Shown here: in pieces, positions 53,301-64,000 of the stretch | How the letters are laid out: each line of letters starts with the position of its first letter | Numbering within the stretch: position 1 is the stretch's first letter | Source of the DNA: Schizochytrium sp. TIO01 | Taxonomy: Eukaryota > Protista > Bigyra: Labyrinthulomycetes | Direction: 5' to 3' | DNA length: 64,000 nt | NCBI GenBank assembly: GCA_004764695.1 | Contig: SMSO01000006.1 | Location: 325,859 to 389,858 of the forward strand | Notes under the pieces: model-generated | Seen by the model: only the letters and a program-made list of their open reading frames with translations | Told to the model about the DNA's origin: nothing | Database searches by the model: none | Translations under genes and position numbers: made by a program

Positions 53301-55795
53301 GTGGTAGTACCGTACCGTGGGAGTTACGGGAGGAAGCTTTAAAGGCGCTAGGCTCTCTTGGTGCACTGGATCCCTTCGAAACAAAACAGCGTTCTCGTTC
53401 GCGCTCCAGGCAGTTAAAGATGTCTCGTGGTGGTGGCGCCCTGCAACGTGCAGCTATTGCTGAAACTGTCGACACCGCTTCCACGATGTCTTCACATGCA
53501 ACGACCCAAAATCAGTACTACCAACAGCAACACCACCATCAACAACATCAACAGCAACAACAAAACGCAGCGACACACTGGCCTCATCTTGACGACGACG
53601 CAGAACCCCTTGGTCCCAAAGATGATGACTACTACCCAACCGTAGCAATTCATGCCTTGATTCGAATTCTCCAGGACAGCACTCTGGCAACGCACCATTC
53701 CATGGTTATTCAGGCCTTAACACATATCTTTCGCAGTCTAGGGTTAGCGTGTGTCACTTTTTTGTCACAAATTATGCCATGTATCTTGCAAGTCGCAACT
53801 AATTGTGAACAAGAACTTCGTAAAGTTCTTTTCTATAATATTAGTGTGCTGGTCTCCATTTCTAAGCAGCACATTCGTCCTTACCTCGACGACATCTTTC
53901 GTCTTATTCATACCTATTGGTACGAAAACCTTGATCAGGTTTTTGTTCTTATTGAAGAAATCTCTGGAGCACTGCGAGAGGAGTTTGTACCCTATGCGAA
54001 GTCAATCCTGCCAAATATTCTTTCTGTCCTAGAAATGATGCGAACAAATAATATGGACCCCAGCAAGGTTTCTACAGGCGCATCAGGTAAGGTTGCATAT
54101 GGAATGCAAGGTGGCTATGGGTCACTATCACTCCGAGCACCAGAACGACGCTTGAATAGGGATGCCTATGCATCAGAACTGAATGGGGGCGGTGCGAGTC
54201 TACGAAATGGAGCACCTGTCCTTTCATATGCCTCATCCATTACTGCCGGTCAAATGGGTGCTCGTCGTTCTCCTCGAGGGCCAGCTTTGGATGGCGTTAC
54301 TGCAGGGGGGATGTCACCGTCTGCGTCGATGGCTAATCTGACGGTTCCAGCTATCGGCGGTCCTATGGGAGGTGTTTCTGCAGTGGGTGGAAACCAAAGT
54401 TCCCGTCCACACTCTGGGTCGCCATTCGCAGCACCATCAAGGTCAGCACCGCAAGGTAATGCTCATCGTGTGCAGGCGACTGCTGAGCAGAAACTCTCCA
54501 TGGACAAATATGCGACGCCAGCATCCGCACGACGTGTTTTCAAGACCATTGAGTTTTTGGGCTTTACTTTGACGGGCTATTTTTACCTCGTTATTCCAGC
54601 TCTAATTGAGCTTGTGGAAACTGAGGCTGCTGACGGACAAGTTCGTATTTATGCTGTTCACGCCCTTGGACATCTTAGCAGCCACGCATTTTTCGCTGAC
54701 TACGCCCTGCATGCAATGCAATGCTTGCTACGTTTGTTGCGCCGCCCCGTCGTCCCGCCATTAAAATGTCAAGCTGTAGACACCTTGTGTATATTTGCTC
54801 TCCGTTTTCCTTCCATTTTCTCCATGTTTGAGCAAACTGTGGAGAACACTGTACGCGGAAGATCCCTTCTTCCTGTTGCCGTGGATCACTTCAAGACTAC
54901 TCTCGGCTTCCTTCGTGCAGAAGCCGCTGAGAGTGGACGCGGATACTCCAATGAAACAGGCGATTCCCATTCTTTCGCACGTGATAGATACCTGGAGCAG
55001 CTTTTAAAGTCCTTCTACGGGGAAGCTTCGTCCACTGATCCTAGTCTCCCGATGCTTGGTCTTGGATCTCGAAATGGAGGTGGCCTTGGTGGTTTAGCTG
55101 GTCTTGGATCACCTGATGCAGACATTGGCGCCCCTCAAAAAATGCTGCAAGTCAATGAAAATAAGCTTCAAAAGTCTTGGGAGGCCAGTGACCGAGCCTC
55201 TGCAGAAGAATGGAAGGAATGGATGCGGCGCTTGTCTGTTGAGCTCTTGCGTGAATCACCAAGCCCAGCACTACGTGCATGCTCAGCTGTAGCCCAAGTC
55301 TACAACCCGCTTGCAAAAGAGCTATTCAACCCAGCCTTTGTCTCATGCTGGTCTTCCTTGAGTGAGGAGTATCAAATGAGCCTTATTCTTGCGCTTGAGG
55401 TTGCTCTTCAATCTTCTCGGACTCCCCCTGAGACCTTGCAAACGCTTCTCGATTTAGCTGAGTTTATGGAGCATGATGATCGTGTTTTGCCAATCGGTAT
55501 TCGTGATTTAGGAAATTATGCACAACGTTGCCATGCCTACGCCAAGGCATTGCATTATCAAGAGATGGTCTTTCGCAACTTACCAGGAGCATGTACCGAA
55601 GGTTTAATCTCAATTAACAACAAACTCGAGCAACCTGAAGCTGCTGTTGGAATTTTGCACTATGTGCAGCAGCTCCAACGGAGACAGTATCAGATGACAT
55701 TTTCTCAGCCAGCGTCAAGACGAATTCCAGAAGTCAACATGCTTGATTTCGGTGTTGCAGCTGCAGCTCTCTCACCTTTACAATCACAGGTACAC

Positions 55796-55827
<32 letters not shown>

Positions 55828-58800
55828 ACTCCAGATGCAAATGCTTCAGCGTCAGCAACAACAACTCCAGATGCAACAACGACAGCAGCAACACGTTTCA
55901 CCTGACTCGCAAGGCAGTGGGTATCCGCTAGAACGCCATCCCAGTGTAGCCTTCGAAGAGCACCAAGGTGAGGTTCTTGGTACATCGCCGTCATCAGACC
56001 ATCTTGAAATGGACGATCTCGTGGAACAAGGCACAATCAAGCTCAAAGAAACATGGTTCGAGAAGTTAGGCCGTTGGGAGGAAGCCTTGGAGTCTTATCA
56101 GGAGAAACTCGAGCACCTTGAGGAGGATCCAAATGCTCCAGTCTCAAATGAGGATTTGAATAGCACCATGGGTAAGGTTCGCTGTCTCATCAATCTTGGA
56201 GAATATGATCAACTGATGGACCTCGCCAACAACATTTGGAAGCGTGTGGAAAACAAAGAAGCCCTTGCAACAATGGCTCCGATGTTTTGTCAAAGTGCAT
56301 GGTCATGCGGTGACTGGAATGCAATGGATAACTATGCTCGTTACATCCCTGAGAAAAACCTTGACGGATACATGCTCCGTGCAGTGCTTGCCTTACAACA
56401 AAATGACTTTGTAAGATCACGTGAAATGATTGATTTAGGGCGCGGCCTGCTTGGCGAAGAGTTAGGAGCCCTTGTTGGCGAGTCATATAACCGAGCTTAT
56501 CGTCAAATTGTTACTGTGCAGCAATTTGCAGAACTTGATGAAATCTATGAATTTAAGCAACGCATGACTTCGCCCCAACATAGTGAAGATGAGCTTGCAG
56601 AGATGAAATCAAAATTGCAACGCATTTGGTCGAAGCGTATTCGCGGATGTCAAGAAAATGTCGCGGTATGGCAATTTATTCTTGGTGCGCACTCTCTCGT
56701 ACTACATCCTCGTGAAGATCTTCTGACATATATCAAATTCTCAACCATTTGCCGCAAGAGCAACCGGCTCCGGATTTGCTTTATGACCTTGCAGCGCCTA
56801 GGCGTGACCAACGAGAACTTTGATGATTTTGATAGGATAGATGCAAACACATCATTTGCATTTCTTAAATATCGATGGGCTCTTCTCAAGGAAGAGACAA
56901 TTCAGTCTCATCAGGAAGACCAACTGCGCAACAGTCACTATATGGTGACCGGATATAACTCATCCTACCGCACAAGTTTTACTGTTGTCCCTGTGGAACA
57001 GCCTAGTATTGGACTGGACTTGTCTCCCCGAAGCCAGACCGAGCACAATAACTTGCGTGTACGCGAGGAACGAAGCAAAACTATTGAGAATCTGGAACAT
57101 GTAATCGGTTTGTTAGAAAACCGTCACAGAGCAAGCCCCTTAATCTTCGACGACTGCAAGCTACTAGTTCGCTGCTACCTCAAGCTTGGTATGTGGAAGC
57201 TGGCCATTGAAGACTATAAGCTGCGGCAAGATATTATCGAGAGTGTGCTTCGTATCTTCCGCTCAGCGACAGAAATGGAGGGTGACAACTACAAGGCCTG
57301 GCATGCATGGGCTTTGATGAACTTTCGTGCTGTAGAATTTTACAACCGCGCACTGTTGACTCTTTCGCCTGGTTCGTCAGAACACATGAGTACGGCTGCA
57401 TCCTTTGTAGATCTGGCGTCTGCGCATGATGCCATTCAAGAGGAGACTGATAGTATTCTTCTCGAGGAAGATGAAGAGGAGGAAGAAGAGGAGGAGGATG
57501 GGGAAGAAGTAGATACCTTACCGGCAATCCCTCCGCTACATAGGGCATCTGGTGACCGCCCACGGTCGAGCTCTGTAGGAAATGTGGGCATGAGATCACC
57601 ATCAACAGGTTTTGATAGCCTTGCGTCAAGTGGTCAGGAGGAGTCGCATCTTGATGAGTACAAGGCAGGTTCCGGCCAAGAGGAGGATTCACCTGTAGAT
57701 GAAGATGAAGAAGTGGAGGAGCAGGGAGACGAAGAGGCTGTAGATGAAAACGATGCAAGCCATACTGAAAACAGCTCTGAAATTCAAGAAGAGCAAGAAG
57801 ATCAAGAAAAACATGAAGAACATGAAGAAGCGGATGGAGATGATGGAAATGAAGATCTTCAAGATCAAGGTCAGGAGAATGGCACTAGTGAAGTAGACGA
57901 AGGCGAAGCTAATGCGCACTCAACTAATGATCAAGGAGCATTGTCCAAGGCTGATGATCAGTCAGAAAACTCCCATAAAACTGAGACTATTAATGAACAT
58001 TGTGATCAGGACGAGGGGAAGGAGGAACATCCGGATAATAGCCATGATGAAAATCATGCCCCAGAAGGTGAACCACATGAACTTCATGTCGAGTCAACTT
58101 CACAAATCGAAGGTGAAGTGCTTGACGAAAAGACTCAGTCACAGGAAGAATTCAGGGAGGGAGAGGATCAGGGTGACAATACTAGAAACCGTATTGAAGA
58201 TAATCGTCCTGAATCTTTGGAAATTCAACGCGAGGAGTCTAGACGGAGTGTTACCTTCGAGCCGACTGATCGGCAAACTCAGCTTCGAGAAGCCAAAGCA
58301 CGCAGTGCTCAAGCTAGAAAGGCCCGGCAGCGTAAGAAACGTCTGCGACAACGCGCATTAGAGCGTAAGCGTCAGCTTCTTTCTGAGAAAATGCATCAGT
58401 ATGTGGTGCCAGCCATTCACGGCTTTTTCCGATCAATTGCGTTAGGCCAAACGTCAGACTCGCGTAATGTTTTGCAGGACATTTTGCGTCTCCTGACTCT
58501 GTGGTTTGCTCATGGTGCCCGGCGTGATGTCGAGATTGCTATTCAAGAAGGCTTTGAAATGGTTAGTATCGGTACCTGGCTTGATGTGGTGCCTCAGCTC
58601 ATTGCACGCATTCATACCAAGGTCCCGAGTATCAAAAAGGCACTGCATCACCTTCTCGTCACTCTTGGCGAACAACATCCCCATGCGCTCGTGTATCCTC
58701 TTACTGTGGCCGCCAAGTCAATCAATCCGTCCCGCCAACGAGCCGCTGAAAACATTCTTGATGAGTTACGTCGTACTCCTGGTAATGCTGCTCTCGTAGA

Positions 58801-60859
58801 CCAAGCGCAGCTCGTAAGTCATGAATTGATTCGAGTTGCCATCCTCTGGCCTGAGCAATGGTTCGAAGCCATTGAGGAAGCTTCAAGGGCTTACTTTAAT
58901 GATGAAGATCTTGACGCTATGAATGAGATTCTTGATGCCCGTCATGCTACTCTGCGCGAGCCATTTGAGACCATTCATGAGCATGAGTTCAGTCGGAACT
59001 ATGGCCGAGAGCTGGAGGACGCTGAAAGATATAAAGAGCGTTTTCGCACTTCAAACAGCGGAGTGGACCTCAATCAAGCTTGGGAGCTTTACTATTTAGT
59101 GTTCCGCAAGATCCAACGTGATCTTCAATCTCTTAAACATTTGGAGCTTGATAAGGTATCACAAGCTCTTCTTGAGGCCCACGATATGCAGTTGGCCGTC
59201 CCTGGTACTTATGTTGCTGGTAAACCTGTGGTACGGATTGACAGTTTTGCCCCATCGATTCGTGTCATTGTTTCAAAACAGCGCCCACGTCAAATTACAA
59301 TGCGCGGAAGTGACGGAAAAGACTACCTCTTCTTACTCAAGGGCCATGAAGATTTGCGTCAAGATGAACGTGTTATGCAATTGTTTGGACTTGTGAATCG
59401 TCTCCTTAAAAAGGAACGTGAAACCAACCGATATGATCTAAGTATCGAGCGCTTTGCTGTGATCCCACTTTCGCACAATGTCGGTATCTCCGAATGGCTG
59501 CCAAATACTGACACTTTCCATGCATTGATTGAACGTTTTAGAAACTCACGAAGTGTTCTTCTTGATATTGAGCAACGCTTAATTAAGAAGGTTGCGCCTG
59601 ATTACAACTCATTGACCGTGATCCAAAAAGTCGAGGCCTTCTGCCACGCGCTCACCCATACCAATGGAGGTGACCTTGGTAAAGTTCTCTGGCTCAAGAG
59701 TCGGAATTCTGAAATATGGCTCGATCGTCGTACAAACTACACTCGGTCACTTGCCACGATGTCGATGGTAGGATACGTTCTTGGTCTTGGCGACCGCCAC
59801 CCGAGCAACCTGATGTTAGACCGTTCCTCTGGTAAGGTTATCCACATTGATTTTGGCGACTGCTTTGAGGTAGCTATGCACCGAGAAAAATTTCCAGAAA
59901 AGGTCCCGTTCCGTCTGACACGTATGCTTATCGCTGCTATGGAGGTTTCAGGTGTCGAAGGTAACTTTAGATACACGTGTGAATCAGTGATGCGCGTTCT
60001 TCGTGCCAACCGTGACTCCGTTATGGCAATGCTTGAAGCTTTTGTTCACGACCCCTTAATTAACTGGCGTCTACTGCAAAACACAAGTGGTTCCAACGGC
60101 GGAGAGAACTCTTCATCAATCATGTCAATGTCATCCGCATCAACAGGGCAATCCGACTTGACGCGCGAAGGTGAGAGTGCTACGTCTTCGGAGATGTCCC
60201 GGTCGTACCAACGCGACATGACAGATTCTCTTGGTTCGAGCATCATTCGTGGGCCTGTGCCATCTCGCGGAGAGGATCCATCATTCAATGATAGACGTGA
60301 ACCTGTTCGGAGGCGAAACCCGTCGGTAGCCATGCCGATCGGCGATCGTCATTTTGATGCTGACATGGCGCTGCGACCGCGTGCACGTACTGAAGGACGC
60401 ATTAACTTGCATGAGTCTACGCAAGAAGTTGGGTCTGCGACGCCATCGCGAAGCCGCACGTCCCGTGAATCTAACCTGGCACAGTTTCGTGCTGATGCAA
60501 ACGCTGAGGCACTCAATCAACGTGCTCTTGCAGTTCTACAGCGGGTGCACGATAAACTAACAGGACGAGATTTTGCTGTGAAGAAGCGGAAGCAAAGTAG
60601 TGTTGACGAAATCCGTAGTCCTGAAGATCTATCCGGCTCGATGTCCCAGCAGCAACAGCAGCAGCAATCGCAACAGTCAGTGCGGAGCTCGCCTCGTACC
60701 GGCAGTTCATCCAATCTGTTTTCAGAGCAACACGATTCAGAGGAAGATATGGAGGAATCGCCGGCTCCTGTTGCGCTGCAAGTTCAACGTCTCATCGTTC
60801 AGGCTACCTCTCATGAAAATCTCAGCCAGGCATATGTAGGTTGGTGCAGTGTCTGGTAG
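50378..60859 (+). CDS. TOR: Target of rapamycin kinase (HEAT-FAT-FRB-PIKK-FATC), ~3493 aa, intronless
   Basis: GALDP, LLRESPSPALRAC, AYAKALHY, WLDVVPQLIARI; FRB RVAILW…EEASRAYF…QAWELYYLVF; kinase LLKGHEDLRQDER, GDRHPSN, HIDFGDCF; FATC ATSHENL…GWCSVW*. First ATG at 50378. Confidence 0.98.
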
Positions 60860-61311
60860 ACGCAAGAAAGAAATGTTTTAGAAGGAAAGAATGCATACGC
60901 AAAGCGTCGCTACTTTAACTACGGAAGCGCTTATACTATTGATGATGATGATCAAGGCCGTTGACTCTGCCCTGAGTTTCTGAAGAGCTCCTCGCTGAAC
61001 GAAATTATTTGTACAAATTATTTTGACTTTTTTTCTTCTGTTTTTTCAAAATCTCCAATATTTTCTATTTCACCCCTCGTTTGCATTTTTTTCTTGTCCT
61101 CAATTGTACAATTCGAGACCAACTAAGACCAACTACAAATTGAGATTATGAGTTGCCCTACCAAAACCGTATTTTCAACAGGTTTCTTTAAAAATACCAT
61201 GTTAGGATATTTCAAACATTTGCTTTCTAAAATTAAGGCTAGAATAAGATAGATTACTATACTATGATACAATAAAATGATAATATAGGGAACGAGTGCT
61301 GCATCTTCTCT

Positions 61312-63150
61312 CTATCCAACATAGTTTGGGTCATCAATCGTATTGTTAAAGCGAAGTTTGCAAAGCTTAGCGAGCTCAGTGGCAAGCTCATGGATTCGGA
61401 ACGTCCCACGTTTAGTATCTCCAGGAAAGCGAGTTCGTAAATGTTGAATCAGGTCCGTGAGATCAGCTCCGTCCTTTCGAGGGTAAATGCGCCGGAAACC
61501 TCCCATAACATACTCCTCGCGTTTGAGTTCAATAAAATATTCCACATCGAGAGCTGAAAGGCAGAAGTCGTGAATATCGTTGTCGCACCCCCCTGCTTCC
61601 TCATCCTCAAAGCCAATTTGAAGGCCTTCAAGTTCCAGCTCCATGAAATCCGCTGCAAGACGATCTGACACATCTGTGGTGCCATAAATTAGTGCTACAA
61701 GGTCATGTGCCATACTTTTTTTCGTGCGGTCATACTGCGAGCCGTCTTGACCCGAGAGTTGCATAGAAGGTTCTCCGTTAACCTCAATGACGCGGGGCAC
61801 AAGCTCGTCATCTACAATCACATCCACGCCAAGAAGCTGATAACAATTTGCGCAAGTGTAGCCCCGTTTCAGATTTTGAAATTCCTTCACAAAGCCAGGT
61901 TCAGCACTCAAAAGCATTTGAGAAACTGCGTGCTCGATTCTCTTCCAAAGTAAGTCTGGCTGGCCATCATTATTCTGCATCCAACGATATACCTTCGGAA
62001 AAGGCCATGTAAGATCTTCCACAGACATGCCCTTCTTCTTGTTCAAAGATGTATTGGTAAGGGCTCCGTCTTTTCCTTTTGGATTATACTTTGTACTCGC
62101 AAAACGCACAAGGCCGTCTCGAAACATGTACGCTCGCAAGGGGTGGATAGAAGTCACAAGTACGTATGTGCGCATGTCCCATTTGAAACCATTAATGAGG
62201 AATGGGTTGGGCAAGTATGTTTGCACAACGACCTCCTCAAGGTCAGGAAACTGCTCCTTCCAGCGAGGGAGTTGCCTCCAGTCATTCATAATCTTGATAC
62301 CGTTACCTTCACCTCGATCTGTGGGTTTAAGGATGAACGACCTGGATGTGTATTTTGTGCGTGCCTGGTTTATCAGGATTGGATAGTCCCGGGGCAGCAT
62401 CCAGCAGGGAAACACAAATTCCATCGACACATCGAACCCTCTCAAGGAGTTACTCATGGTCTCACAAAACCTATCTTTGCTCCATAGTGTATTTCGCAAT
62501 CCGAATAATCTTGATACACGCTGATGTCTCTTGAATGTAAGTAAAAGACTTGGATCAAAGCAGTTGGGCTTTCCATCAAACAGGTCCAGGCACTTGATCG
62601 CGCGAAAATCACTGTCATCACCGCGCATAATTTTCTTCTTGGTGCTATGCACAGTCGTAAGGCCGGCACCTGGAAGCGTGTAGTCCCAGATTGGAGCATC
62701 GCGCTCCATTATAAACGACTTGCCAACAATAATTACCTTTTTTGCATCATCAGGAGGTCTCATCGTTTGTTCTACACGTGTGAGGATGAAAGAGGTTGTC
62801 GCCAGATCTAGACTTTCTGATTTCTTTTCTCCACCATGTTTTCGCTTATGGCCTGCGCTCCGCAGCCGAGAGGATTCCACGATCTCACGACGCGTGTTAT
62901 TGAGTGCTAGAGCAACGTTTTCTGTCGTCCTTTGTAGTGAGTTACGCGTTTCTTGCCAAGCCGTCTTCGAATCATCAAGGGTCGCCACCAGCCGCATATA
63001 CTCCCTGACATTGAGTGCACATACAAATAGACATGCAGCAATAACCACCGCTCGAGACCACTTTGTGCTGTCGCTGCCCTTGCGCCGGTTCTTCTTGGGA
63101 GACTTGCCCATCGCGAGATGCCAGTTTGCTTGTTGTTTCTCGTGGGCCAT
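61312..63150 (-). CDS. Tubulin-tyrosine-ligase-like (TTL/TTLL, ATP-grasp) protein with N-terminal signal-anchor
   Basis: FILKP..GEGNGI, VVQTYLPNPFLINGFKWDMRTYVLV, GLVRFA, LTNTSLNK, YQLLGVDVIVD…IEVNGEPS, GGFRRIYP. A basic N-tail precedes the hydrophobic AVVIAACLFVCALNV. Alternative ATG at 63111. Confidence 0.88.
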   Translation of the reverse strand: MAHEKQQANWHLAMGKSPKKNRRKGSDSTKWSRAVVIAACLFVCALNVREYMRLVATLDDSKTAWQETRNSLQRTTENVALALNNTRREIVESSRLRSAGHKRKHGGEKKSESLDLATTSFILTRVEQTMRPPDDAKKVIIVGKSFIMERDAPIWDYTLPGAGLTTVHSTKKKIMRGDDSDFRAIKCLDLFDGKPNCFDPSLLLTFKRHQRVSRLFGLRNTLWSKDRFCETMSNSLRGFDVSMEFVFPCWMLPRDYPILINQARTKYTSRSFILKPTDRGEGNGIKIMNDWRQLPRWKEQFPDLEEVVVQTYLPNPFLINGFKWDMRTYVLVTSIHPLRAYMFRDGLVRFASTKYNPKGKDGALTNTSLNKKKGMSVEDLTWPFPKVYRWMQNNDGQPDLLWKRIEHAVSQMLLSAEPGFVKEFQNLKRGYTCANCYQLLGVDVIVDDELVPRVIEVNGEPSMQLSGQDGSQYDRTKKSMAHDLVALIYGTTDVSDRLAADFMELELEGLQIGFEDEEAGGCDNDIHDFCLSALDVEYFIELKREEYVMGGFRRIYPRKDGADLTDLIQHLRTRFPGDTKRGTFRIHELATELAKLCKLRFNNTIDDPNYVG

Positions 63151-63705
63151 TTCATACCTAGGTACTGGGTACTCCTTAATTCATTTTCAGCTACTCTTGT
63201 TACGTAGACTACGGTAGGTAAGTAGATCCCTACTAGTAGGGATTTACATAGCTAGAGTTTAGTTCGATATCGCAACAACAATGAGTTTTGACCGGAGAAC
63301 ATACAAACAACCTACTTTTACGTCGGCCAAAACAAGTAAGGAAGTTATCCCAAGCTTCCTTTGGGTTCTCTGGAAATATGGTATGTCAAGCTAAGGTGAA
63401 GGTGAAGAAGTTGTTTTGCAGCGGTACCACGGTAACCTTAATTACATGTTATCTTTAAAAGCACATTTTGGTATTCGTATCTCGTATTGCGCAGAGCAAA
63501 GTCTGCAAAAGGCAGTCCGGAGCTCAGACATACGACAAGATTACAAAGAATATTAATTGGAAACACACATGAACACATTCAAGAGAAGGCAACGTCTGAG
63601 GTTGATTCGTGATGCTATTTTGCCCTTCTACAAAGCCATTTATCAAACTACTTTGAGAGCACAGTATTGGGCCATAGCTTTTATATAGAGTCAGAACGAG
63701 GATTT

Positions 63706-64000
63706 TTAGGCCTCACTGAGCAGTCGAATACCTGAGCCCTCGTCATTGCGAACATTGGGAGGAGCTGCAGTCACCGCGGCCACAGCAGGCTCATGTGCAA
63801 TGAATGACTGCTCGAAGCCAGCTGGAGAAAGCTCAGACTCAGACATAGCTGGTCCGCGTCTTTCCTCGAGGTCGGGGTCGTTCGAAAGAGCAGCAATTGA
63901 AATAGCGCAAAGTAGAATGCCGAGAGGTACGAAGATGCGAGACTTCCACTCCCAGCGCTCAACCTCGCGGAAGAAAACTGCAGAATAAAGGCTGCCCACG
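63706..64000 (-). CDS. 3' end of a multi-pass membrane protein, possibly NIPA/DMT-family transporter (partial)
   Basis: GSLYSAVFFREV…IFVPLGILLCAISIAALS resembles the last two TMs of NIPA-type proteins (F-x-E, then a G-containing TM). The frame runs off the right edge. Confidence 0.5.
   Translation of the reverse strand, partial: VGSLYSAVFFREVERWEWKSRIFVPLGILLCAISIAALSNDPDLEERRGPAMSESELSPAGFEQSFIAHEPAVAAVTAAPPNVRNDEGSGIRLLSEA

Overview
Eukaryotic, intron-poor, gene-dense DNA: long single-exon ORFs separated by AT-rich spacers. Gene style suggests a protist, possibly a thraustochytrid-like stramenopile; that is inference, not an identification. About 13 protein genes are supportable: an amidase (FAAH2-like), a 4-TM unknown, a ~2085-aa tail-anchored golgin with 32-aa and 43-aa repeats, a two-exon LPAAT-type acyltransferase, a CHAT (caspase-like) protein, CAF1/POP2, COX15, a methylthioribose-kinase/DUF2064 fusion, a P4-ATPase flippase, a coiled-coil/WW protein, an importin-9-like gene with a frame break, TOR, and a membrane-anchored TTL-family ligase. 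Partial genes probably sit at both edges. I recognised no rRNA, tRNA, CRISPR array or transposon. Best candidate for a new system: the MtnK-DUF2064 fusion (30473-32617), which could phosphorylate and then nucleotide-activate a 5-substituted ribose, possibly for arsenosugar synthesis. Next are the split CHAT protease with an intact His/Cys dyad and the type II membrane TTL-like ligase. All family calls come from motif recognition by eye; no database search was run.
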